From Kudoa neothunni (Eukaryota; Animalia; Cnidaria): a stretch of 64,000 nucleotides of DNA. Numbering within the stretch: position 1 is the first letter of the stretch; each line of letters starts with the position of its first letter. The notes under the pieces are model-generated. The model did not search any database. It was not told the origin of the DNA and worked only from the letters and a program-made list of their open reading frames with translations. The position numbers and the translations under genes were made by a program. The stretch covers positions 10,115,220 to 10,179,219 of the forward strand of contig OZ199840.1 in the NCBI GenBank assembly GCA_964304625.1, written 5' to 3'. Positions 40,752 to 52,490 of this stretch are shown one piece after another.

Positions 40752-43700
40752 ATGCTATTGATATATGTTTTTATAAAATTTATCTTTATTATTAAAGGTA
40801 TTTTATTCTAAAAATGAATTTGTCATTTATTGTTTAGTGTTTCTCGATGAAAATGTTAAAAATAATATTGACAACAATATATTAAAGTTCATTTATTTAA
40901 ATAATGAAGAAAAATACAGAATTTCAATCACTGGATACAATATTGAAAACAGACATAGAAAATGTGCACTTCAGTATTATGAGAGAGAGCATTCAGCCCT
41001 AAAGGCAGTTACATCATGTACCAGCATTATACCAGGCTCATCTCTTGACCAAGCTTCAAATTTGTGTCTCTATGATTGTAAAAAGATCGATTTTAAGATG
41101 GATGGAATAGAAATCGATAAAATAAAGTTTGTAAGATGGTGCCAAGGAAAGAATGATACAGAGGTAAAAAAGTGTATTTACAAAAGAGTGTATCCACTAA
41201 GAGGTATCTGTGATTTTTAATGATTTTTATAAAAATATTTCCATAGATATTTATATAAAAACTGATATTAAAGCCAAAAAGGAAAATAATGAATTTAATA
41301 TATCCGTTAAAAGAAAAGTAAATGATAGCTTCGAGTCTATTGTTGACGGCACAATAAAAACTACTGTAAATAAAGATGATAGTAAATTTGTTAAGAAAAC
41401 TCTTAAACTAAGTTCATTATCATATGAAACTACATCTGTAGTCGAGTTTACCAACCGATCGCCCCAAATATTCCTGAATCCAAAAAAACCTAGTCAAGAT
41501 TGGTTTATCGCAACTGGATCGAAGACAGCTAAAAATGGAAAATTTTACACTATAAAACTTCAAAATCCGGAACCATCTAAAATTTGTTACTTTGGAATAA
41601 AAGAAATAAATGAGTCTCATTTTTCATCTCACTGTTCAGATATGAAAAAAGCTGGGCCGTGTTTCCAACCTTGTTACAAGGCTACTCTCTATCATGATTC
41701 AGATTTGAAATTTGCACAAGTCATTGTGGTGTCTCAAGTAAACCAACCCCCAAAAGAGTTTATACAGCTCGTGACATGTAATATTTATATGAAAAATTAA
41801 ATTTAACATTAAATTAGTTGGCACAACTCAGCCTAATATAAGAATTGATACTAATAATCAAGCCACTATTGATTTATCTAATTTAAACAAGAATGAGGAC
41901 GCTACTAGCGTAGAAAGTCAATCTGAAATGACTGAAATGCAAATTGTAGAAAAATATCTTGGAGTTGAGGCTGATGGCGTAAATCCAACGTGTACAACAC
42001 AAGGTAGATGCAAGAATTTTGACTCAGTCATATTTACAGAACTTAAGCCGTTAACAGAATATGTTTTAAAACTGAAAATAACCAAACTCACCACCTTAGA
42101 TTCTCCTGAAGTAGAACATTATCACAGATATATCTATTTCAAAACCGAAGGTATTTATATATAGAAATTTTCTTCTAAATTTAAAATAGGAGCTAAATTT
42201 TCTAATAATAATCAACTTTCTCCATCACCTATTACATCCGAACATACAATATTAACTCTAGCTCCTGCTACTTTTATCTCGAGTGAAGTTAATTCAGGCT
42301 CAAAATGCGAACTATACTACTCCGTATTAGGGGAACAATCGCCAAAATATCCTGCTACCTGTGACAAAAATGGAAATAAAATATTCTGCTTTGATACTTG
42401 TACTAACACTTTCAATATTATTAACCTCGATCCAAAAACAACATATAAAATAACCCTATGCACAAAGGGATATACATGTGTTGAAAGTGAACAAGCAGCA
42501 AGTAATACCATGTCTAAAAATGTATATATTTATATCTATTTATTAACAGCGGGTGGTACGACACTCACTATTACTCCAGGAAATGATTCTGAACCGAAAG
42601 ACGACATTTACCATGACCAAATCATCAGGAGACATATTCGGGAATTCTTGGGCTTATTTTATTGTTGAAACAATGTCGAAAAAAATAGTTATTGATTGTT
42701 TGGATGGCGCTTGTCAAAACAATGTAGCCACAACTGGAGGAAATACGTTAGAAATTCAATGGACTAAACTTAACATTGGTGTCCCTTATAAAGTTGTTGT
42801 GATAAATCAAAATTATACTAAACCTGCCACGGCAGATATAACAAGTTATTATTATAAGCGAGACTTCAACTTATTTTTTTTTAGTAATCGAAGAAGAAGC
42901 TAGCGATGGCATGATTCTAACACGCGACGCAACAAATAATGGGTACAATGTTAAATTTAAAGGTGAACTGGCCGGTGTAACCGATAAAGATTGTACAGTG
43001 AAAAGATCTAACTTAGATTTAACTGGTTATGAGAGTGCTGATAGAAGTAATGAAGAATTAAAAAAATCCTGCAACGATCTTGGTACTGAATCCGCTATTA
43101 GGCATAATCCTCAGAATAAATTAAATTATATATCTGTCACTTATGAGGTTATCGAAACTACAGTCAATACTCGTTCAGTCGAGACTTCTTCAGTCATTAA
43201 AGCTGAGGAAACGAGTCAGGATGTGAAGAATGCGGAGAAATTGGATGGTCAGGAGAACACATCGAATTTACATTTATCATCGCCTCTTAAGATTACCAAA
43301 TCGTATTATAAAGGGAAGGTCTTTTCATATTATATAGGTAAAACAATATAAAAATATATTCATAACTGTATCTTTTTTTTAGATTATTACGAGGAAATTA
43401 ACTACGTAGCAAAGATAGATGGAGACAAAATAAAACTGGGAACAAGCAAATCTACACAATCATGTAAATTTCATGCGGACTCACAAGAGCAAAACGGTGG
43501 CTCTGTAACTACAACCGAAGATGGCTCCACTCATACATATAAACACTACTCTTTACAGTTTGGTGAACTTGTCGGCGATTATCACATAGATTGTCCTGAA
43601 TATTTTGATTTTCATTATTTTTATGACAATACATTTGTGAAAACCCACGCACCTGTTTTCAGTAGATTCTACTATGAGCTAGCTTTTAGCGAGGAGAATA

Positions 43701-46700
43701 AAAGACTTACTGTTAAATTAACTAACGAGAATCCTTCTGAAATATGCACATTTGAATGGATAGATGCAACATTCTCAAAATCTAATCGATTTTTTTCGAA
43801 TAATTGTGATAACGGAGCTAACTGTTTTTATAGCCTCTGCAGTGAAATCACTTTTGGAAATATACCAGAAAGCGTAAAAGCAGTAAAAATTCGTGTCCTT
43901 AAATATGGAATGATTCCTATCATTGGTTACCAAAACAACATTTATTTACGTGATAATATAAATAGTTTCGTTTAATAAGTTCGTTTAGTTAATCATGGGA
44001 GCGATACTTCTGCGGAAACTAACGGTCAAAATATCAAAATTAACATTAGTGCTAACAATAAGAATGAAGATGGTCAACCAGTCACAAGTCCAACTGCAGC
44101 CGCATGTTCATTGAAGATTTGGAATACTTATGCTCCATTAATTAGCGAAAATGGAAGGACAGATGTGTCTTCCCCCTCTTGCGAGTTCTCCGAGATGGAA
44201 ATTCCACCCGCACCAGCTGATTTACCTAATGATATCATGGTAACCATAACAAACATACCTCATTATAAACCAAGAAAATATTTCTATCATAAAATAAGTA
44301 TTCTTTATAATAATTGATTCTTTACTATATTTTTCTAAGCTCAATCAAATAATTTTTCGCCTCAAGCAATCTCGTTGTCGGCCATTGCAGATGGATTCAC
44401 TTTCACTCTTAGTTCTACATCAGTATCAAACACATGCACTATTTACGTGAAAGAAAAAGATTCTAAGAACGGTTTTCATCCAGCTATATGTTCAGATAAT
44501 AATTTGTGCGTAAATACGTGCGGCTCTTCTTTCACTATCAAGGGCCTTTATTCTGGTGTCACGTATAGTATCAAAATAGTGCCGAGTGGAAATTATAACA
44601 TTAAAGTTATAACTGAGAAACGAACAAGTAAAAAATATAAATTAACATGTAATAAATAATATAATATATAGCTGGTGACAGCATTACATTTAAAGTTTCA
44701 GATGAAACAAAGAAAAACCTACTTGTTATAACTCATAATGACGTTATTACTGGTGTTAATGATAAAAATTGCCATTATCAATTATACAGACACGAAGGAA
44801 ATAACAGTAATTACATTTATTTTATTACGATCATAATATTATTTAGCTTCGCTGACTGAAATAGTGCAGTCGTGTATTGGATGCGTTAGCGATAATTCAA
44901 ATAATAAAAAATGCAATAATATTAGTTTCACTAACAATTTATATAACAAAAAATTTAATTATCGGTTGCTAATTTATGTAGAGGGGAAATCAAAGCCATT
45001 TAAGATTGATATTCCCGGTAAAATTAATTAATTTTATTTTTCGGGTAAATATTTTTGTAGCATTTACCCGAGGTGGGAAATTTCAACAAGGATTCATCAC
45101 AAAAGAAAAGAGTGAACAGGATAAATTCTCTATATCACTTTCCCAATTTTCAACGGACACCAAATGTGTCGTAAAATTATCAAAATTTGATTACTCTGAT
45201 TTTGCAGACCCAGAATGCAACTCAGAAGGTAACGAATTTTGCTTGATGGAGTGTAATTCTAATAATGCTGAGATTGGATATATCAACTCAAAAATTGATC
45301 GATACGTAGTGGTTTGTTACGGCCCAAGTGATGAAGAAGCAAAAAAATGTAAAAAAAGAAATGTTTTCTCAATTAAAATGGGTAATTAATAATCATATTT
45401 ATTAATTTCTATTACAAAATTGTTTATAATTCAATAACTAATTTATTTTAAAATAATGATTTTATTTAATAGATTACAAACATAAACAAATATATTCTTT
45501 GGGCCATACGGATGGCAAAATTAAATTTTCTTATAAATCTAACTCAGTGACAAATTGGGAAATCCAAGTCGATGGTATTAATGATGAATTCAACAAATCT
45601 CAAAAAGATGGGTTAAATCTATCAAGTTACTCAGATACCATAACGACAAATTCTGCTTCGTTGCCAATAGATAGATTCATGAGTTATTACAATATTGATT
45701 CTACAGATATGTGGCCAAGAATAATCTATTACACTAATAATACATACTTGAATGAAACTATTGCCTTGAAATCCGATATTATATTTTCCATTAGTGGAGT
45801 TGATGGAAACCACAAACAACTTCATATAAGTTTCTCACCAGGCCCATACAATGATGAAATGTGTCATATCAAAGTGTTTCAAGTCAACAATGAAGGTGCA
45901 GACAAAGTAGAGGTTATTTTGAATAAATGTGAAAACGTTGAAGATGGTTGTTATCAACTTTGTCAAGATGGCATTATTAATTTGACGGAAGAATCTGAAA
46001 AAGTTGGTGTAACCGTCACGAGAAGATTTGATAACAAAAAATTCAAACAATACTACATAAGTAAACGAATTTTTCAACCTTATCACTAACATTTTATAGG
46101 AGGTGACAGTGGTTTTACTTTAACTGAGATAACCAGCTCAGGAGTAAAACTTAATGGACTTGAATCCTACAAAACTCTACACTCTGGCACTAATGTTCCA
46201 GCGTGTACAATAAATATATATAAAGCCAGTGTCATTCCCGCAGAAACCAGGGCTCATTGTTCAAACTCAAACTGTAATACTGATTGCGAAGTTTCTTATT
46301 CCATTGTTTCTTTGGAGGCTGGTTCGAGTTACGTGATTTCAGTAGAAATTACCAACCTTGGTTTCACGGAAAAATACATCAAGAAAGCAATATTTAGAAC
46401 AAGTAGATCTTATTTAATATTCTCAACATCTAAATCAGTTTAGACGATGGGACCGATCTAAATATTAGCAATGAAAGTGCAAAAATTCAAAATAGAACGG
46501 CTACAGTCACACCATTTCAATCTGAACACTCCTTACCAATTTGTAGAGTCTATCTTGAGAAACAAGGCGGAGCTGATAAAAAATATATGGCCACTTGTGA
46601 GGGATTGGGAACTTGTGAAAACAAATGCGACAGTGAGTTTTATATAATTAACCTAGAATTAGGAAAGACCTACAATATGACTGTGGAACCATCTGATGGG

Positions 46701-47628
46701 AAGAAGGTTAAAACCTATAATATTACCACGGGTATGACAAATTCAGCAGTTAAATAAATATAGCGGAATTTAGTTAGTGGGGAAACATCGGTTAGTTATA
46801 ATTATAAAGACGGCACTGAATTGAAAATTCGTGTGGATTTTGATGGGAGGAACTCCAAGAGTAAATGTCCATTCATACTAAAAGAGAAAACATCTGCTGG
46901 TCAAATATTATCAACAAACACTTGGTGTAATGATGACGAGGAGTGTTCAGCCAACGGATGTGACATCGAAATTAATAAGTTGTCGAAAAATAAAGATTAT
47001 GTACTTTCAGTAAAAGTGAAGGATTATTCTAATTATGAAAATTATGCAATTTTATGTAAATTAAATATTTCTTATATTGAAATATTTAATATTTATTTAC
47101 AAAAAAAGATTCAAAACCTCCAAAATCAACAGGGTAATTACTATAATTATATTTGTTATGATTATATTTTTATTAGTAATTAATAAAAAAACAAAATTAC
47201 TCAATGATTAATAGAAGAACAACAAATAAGAAGTGAACATGAGAACGTCGATATAGATGATATTTTTCAAAAAGTTATCAAAATGGTTGAAACAGGGTGG
47301 ATAAAAAATAATTTTGTCAAATTTTTATAAAATTTATGTTTAGTAAAAAATTTATGATATAATTATAAGATTATCCGATCTTGATTAGATAGTAAGCAGA
47401 AACAAGAACATGCAGCTGCGAAGAATATCAACTCGTAGCTTTTAGTCCAATTATTTAAATCTAACTTTTAAATAGATCTCTCGTCCCATACCTGTAAATA
47501 CAAGCGTGAATTATTTATATAATTGTTTTAGCATTTATGGTCTGATACCAATTGTGGCTTCAATTTTTGTGGTTGTCGGCATTGCGGTTTACTCAAGGCG
47601 TCCCAAAGATGTTGCCTACGATTTATAA
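40752..47628 (+). CDS. Paralogue B: ~1,950-aa type-I membrane protein with signal peptide, Cys-rich FN3-like repeats, TM helix and short tail
   Basis: Leader MLLIYVFIKFIFIIK. About 22 exons, almost all joined by phase-1 introns. FN3-like 'L.P.T.Y.(I/L).(V/I)' motifs (ELKPLTEYVLKL, NLDPKTTYKITL, GLYSGVTYSIKI, NLELGKTYNMTV). TM LIYGLIPIVASIFVVVGIAVY, tail SRRPKDVAYDL*. One apparent frameshift at ~42600. Confidence 0.75.
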
Positions 47629-47632
47629 AATA

Positions 47633-48696
47633 CAGTCGATATCGGATATTGTGTAATTCCAAAATTTCAACGTTTTTCTTTTTAGAGAGAAACTTAATTT
47701 TATGTTATTGTTATTATTTTATCATTATGTAAACCTGGCTAACATTAAAAATAAAATAAATATTTCATTTATGTATAATCTCGGTATTGCGTGGAAACTT
47801 TTTATTGCGTGGCTTTTGTGGCCGATCTATTTAATAATAAGAATGTTTTCTTCATTATGTCCCGTTAAAACGTAGTATATCAGATAAAAGAGAAATTGTT
47901 GGTTATTATAATTCAAAAAATGACAATTTTTAAGTTTAAATTGAATATTGTGATGATCTATGTTGAATATTAATATAAGATCATTTAAAAATTGACAGAA
48001 TTCTTTCACGCAAAGATAAATTCGAAAATGGGGATATTGAAACTAAAAGGTAGAGACATTTTTCAGGCAGATTCAGAAATATAAATGTTGAGTTGTATGA
48101 TTGGTTTGTTAAGCAACGAGTGAATGATGTTCTGCCGAGAAATGCCATTACAGAAATTGATTTATACATAACAAATAAAAAAGAAATATCCAATTCTAAG
48201 TTTAGTTAGGGATGGCAAAGGGTCCACGTCAAGATATGGGCAGCCTTCAAAATGTTTCATGGTGAGGCTGCGAATGCAGATATTTCTTCTGTTGACTCAT
48301 GGATTGTTGAAACCATTAATTTGGTTAAGGCATATAGTCTTGAAGACGTTATAAACATTGATGAAACTACAATTTTTTCTGAGAAGCTACAAAAAATTTG
48401 TTATGTTTTAAAGGATGAAGCCGGAATATAAGGGAAAAAGCATCCAAAAAAAGGAGTGACTGTTTTACGGTCATTCTTCTTTAAATATGGATAAGCTTCC
48501 ATTAGTTTTTACTAGTAGATTTCCAAATCCTAGACGTTTTAAATGAGTTAACATCTATCGCGTGAATAAAATTAAAAAAAAATATAGTTGATTTGTGTTA
48601 TATTTATAGGCATAACGATAAAGTTGAACCAAAAATAATAGATGATAACAGAAAAGGTTTACATTTGTTGTATCAACATCCTCTTCATCCCAAGAA
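47633..48696 (+). mobile_element. Tigger/pogo remnant starting 4 nt after the gene B stop
   Basis: TA|CAGTCGATATCGGATA terminus. ELYDWFVKQR, FHGEAANAD and YSLEDVINIDETTIF motifs. Confidence 0.8.
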
Positions 48697-48710
48697 AACA
48701 CTTTTTATTG

Positions 48711-48800
48711 CAGCGCTTCTCAACTAAAACTGAACTTGCACCCCCTGAGACCAAAGTTCGCACCTCTGAAGGTGTAAGAATTCCCAGTTGGGAACCCATA
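48711..48800. mobile_element. Short hAT-like MITE at the inner palindrome junction
   Basis: CAGCGCTTCTCAACT ... CAGTTGGGAACCCA termini. Confidence 0.45.
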
Positions 48801-49494
48801 CCGTAGAGGGTTTTTCACTGACTGCACAATTTCATTTTTACTAGTTTATTATCTCCAACAAATTCACTTTCCGATATTTGAAAAAAAGATCTAACTCGCC
48901 ATCTGACGATAGTATTTCTTCCCTTGAGTTACTACAGCCGTTCATTTTATTTGTTTAAAAAATAACACGTGAGATATTTCAAATTTAAACAAAACAATCG
49001 TATTGATACTTAAGCAACCAGACTCGAAGGATAAGTCAACAAAGTTAAAAATTTAATTAATTATATATTGGTTTAATTATTTAGGAGAAACAAGTTGGGT
49101 TTAAACCGATTATCCTACAACTAACAAACGTAAACACAGACACGATCGCGATTGATTTCACTGAAACTTCACCGAAGCTATACGACGTAGATTAAATGGT
49201 GGAATGATTTCCATTTTTCTCGAAATTTGTACCATATAATTTTATAAAAAATTCCAATTTAACTCATAACAATGTTTATAATTAATTTATGAAAAAAATC
49301 TGGGGTCATTTTAATCCCAAAATTCGTTGGAGGATTCATCTTTTTTGGAGGGAATTACTCATATAATCATTTAAAAATTTTAATATATGAAACGAGAGAG
49401 AAATTTAGGAGAGTAACTGGAGTTCTAAATTTATTGATAGTGTGCGGAAGATTTTATAGACGGATTAAACGAATTTAGGGTTAGAGGGTTAAAA

Positions 49495-50222
49495 CAGTGG
49501 TGAGCAAAGTGTGGCCCTCGAAGAAATTTTTTGTGGCGAGCGGACGGGTTTATGAGGCTGAAAAATTGCGCGAGCATGTACATTTTTTAAAATCTAGAAA
49601 CATCAAGGCACCATTTGCCTTCCATAAACAAATAAATAAACAACCTTTTGATGAATATTATGGATTTGTAAACTTTAATTTTACGCGATTTTATTATATG
49701 ATTTGATGTTTTTTCTATGATTATCATATGTAAATGTGAATGAAGTAAGATCTAGTACGCCCTTAAACAAAATCACGTCATAAACTTCAGAGAAAAATGG
49801 TACACGAGATTCAATTAACAACAGAAAGAATCTAAAAATAACTAAATGGCAGAAAAACATATGACCATGCGATACTCATACATAAATTAAGTTTGACGCA
49901 ATAAGAATCATATCCATATTTTCCATTACATTCGCAGAGTTAAAAAAATCTGATTTATTAACATATTTGAAAAGCGATAAAATCTATTATTCCGATCGAA
50001 ACTTGAAATAGTATGCCGATCACCAAATTTCTATTTTTTAAAAATTATTTAGTTCCTTTTTAAATTAATTTATACACTAACTTTTTTATTGTACCGAAAA
50101 TGTTAGAAAAACTACCAATAGGTATTTAAGTTCTCAGAGAACATTTAATCAATAATGCGGCCCTCCAAGTTTTTGTAATGGGCCAATGTGGCCCGCAGAA
50201 CCAAAAGTTGCGTCCATCACTG
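49495..50222. mobile_element. Non-autonomous hAT element
   Basis: CAGTGGTGAGCAAAGTGTGGCCC ... GTTGCGTCCATCACTG, with 8-bp target duplication GGTTAAAA / GGTTAAAG. Inserted at a piggyBac-like end (AGAGGGTTAA). Confidence 0.8.
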
Positions 50223-50707
50223 GGTTAAAGGGTTAAAATGTTAAATGTGATTTCAACTTCTTATGTTCAATGTTTATGTATATAAAGATGAGCTATCCCT
50301 TTTATAAAAAAGAATCTACTTTATTTTATCAGCTGAAAATATAATAGCAGAACTGAGGAGTAAAAACTGAATTATTGAATAAATTTCTTGTTGAAAAATT
50401 AATCAAATTTAAACAATCGCACGTGCAATTCCATTTAACTCCAAACATGTTCAGAAAATTTTAATTCTAATTCCATCATCCCATAATTATAATAATAGAA
50501 AGATAATTTTTTTTTATGAATTATCCGAAAAGCTGTACTTTTATATAATGTTCACCTTAAGAGTTGTTATAGCCCAAAAATCAACTATACACACACTAAA
50601 ATTAAGCATGGCGCCAACTAAACAAACTTGTTCTATATAACGATTTTACTCTATTAATGTGAACGTATAAATAGGAAACAAGTTTTGAGTAAAAAAATAA
50701 ATTGGTT

Positions 50708-52346
50708 TTAATCACTATTATCATTATTGTTATTATCAATGCTAATAACATCATCAATACAAAATTTCGCTCTACATGTCGGACACCGACTAGTTCCTGT
50801 TGCCCATTCACTTTCAGGTCTTTGTTGTTGATGATCGATAAACAAACGACCGAGACATTTTACACACATGACAGGATTACAGCGACATTCTTCGCACAGA
50901 TCATTTCCACATTGTTTCACGAGTTTGGCGTTGGCTCTATTCGAGATGCAGATAATACAGTATTTTGGTTCCTAAATATATTTAAGTTACATATAATTTA
51001 TGACATGTTTAAAATATAAAATTTAGAATTATTTACGACACCTCATTAGAAACAAATCAACAAATTAACGTCAGTTTATTATTTTATGCAGGTGTTGGGT
51101 AAAAAATTATTTTGTCAAAAAAAAATTAACAACAGAAATATAAGAAAAAAAATTATATACAGCTTTATATTTTATGTCTACCGCCTAAATGCGCACACAA
51201 ATATAGAGGGCTCCCTTAATTTCGGCACTTACCGCTGGCCTAACTGTGGTTTGGTCTGTGGAATTAACTGACGTTTTATTGCGTTCATTGTAGATTTTTG
51301 TGTTAATACTGATAATATCACTAAAGTAATTGAGAAACTGTTGGTCGATCGGCAGTAGGATAGACACCGAAGTATCGACCAGCACAGATTTCCCAATTTT
51401 AATCTCAATGTCGTTCAAACAATGTACAGGCGCACTGAAACTGAAATAATAATTGTCGATATCATGAGATGCCATGAGCAGTAACGACTGATCAATGGCG
51501 CTTCGATCTAAGGCCACTTTAAAGTTGAGTATCTACGACGATATGGGACAACATAAAAAAAATTAAAAACACAATATTGGCAACCTGGAATGCCGAGTTG
51601 CTCGCATTGACATTCACCAAATTAAATGTATTCATGTTGAGCGTTCCGTATTGAGAGGTGAAATGACGATGGTTGAACGTCGATTGGATCGAAACAACAC
51701 CCCAATTGATAGGTATCACGTAGATGTTGTAGGTGTCGGTTTTTATGAGGAAATTTTCGGTGATAACAACACTATTAAAGTTGTGTAAACCAGGAAATAT
51801 CAGATTTTCCGATCTCCTTTCCAGTTCGTCATTGATCTAATTATTTTCAATGAGTTGCTCAGAGTGTACAGCAGACAATCGTTGCTTACAAGTTTTAATG
51901 TATTAGATGTGGTAGGAGATGAGTCAGAATAATGATAGTTGGCCAACAGAAAGTCCAGTATAGTGCTGGCATAGAAATTGTTGTAAACTTTAAATACGCT
52001 CCAAACAGAAACTGCGATCCCACCTGGAAATAAAACTTTCACCATCTCAAACAAACCACGTCCACCAAACACATAAATCATCACAAAATAAGCTACGAAT
52101 TTATTGATAGAGAATGGAATCTACTACAGAAATTATACCCGTGAACAGGTTGTAATGTAGTAATGTGTTTAGAGCGCATCGTCTCTTGTGAAACTGAATA
52201 AAATCGGGCTCATTACGAAACAATGGCGCCAATAACATTTGAATTGAAAGACCCACATTGTCCACTGCCTTCGGTGGAAACACACAATAGAAAACAAACA
52301 CAATATAACAAAAAGTATAATAAATTAAAGTTGAAAATTCGTTCAT
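50708..52346 (-). CDS. TMEM129: E3 ubiquitin ligase TM129 (ERAD), ~5 exons
   Basis: N-terminal TM segment YIVFVFYCVFPPKAVDNVGLSIQMLL..FIQFHKRRCALN. C-terminal C4C4 RING CIICISNRANAKLVKQC..CEECRCNPVMCVKCLGRLF..CPTCRAKFCIDDV. Confidence 0.9.
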
Positions 52347-52490
52347 TGAACACACACTCTATTATAATTGGACCCGGCAATGACACCACACCACCAATAG
52401 AGATCCAACGATAAATCCCTGACCAATTTAATCAAACGATCGCTTATAATCGTGAGATTTATATATATATAAAACTCTATTGAGTTCCAA

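Larger units (their letters stand above)
40615..48696 (+). repeat. Left arm of large inverted segmental duplication
   Basis: Reverse complement of ~53648-61660. Inner part mirrors at position_C = 102343 - position_B. Confidence 0.95.

Noticed and set aside
47056-47108. Possible AT-AC (U12) intron ending TTTAC
   Set aside because: No ATATCC donor, and a GT..AAG intron gives an open frame.
47101-47211. TM-like frame KINRVITIIIFVMIIFLLVINKK
   Set aside because: No GT-AG splice leads into this frame. It is AT-rich intron sequence, and a better TM exon lies at 47532-47628.
49475-49494. TTAGGG-like telomeric seed
   Set aside because: Only one or two units, and it matches a piggyBac end AGAGGG-TTAA.
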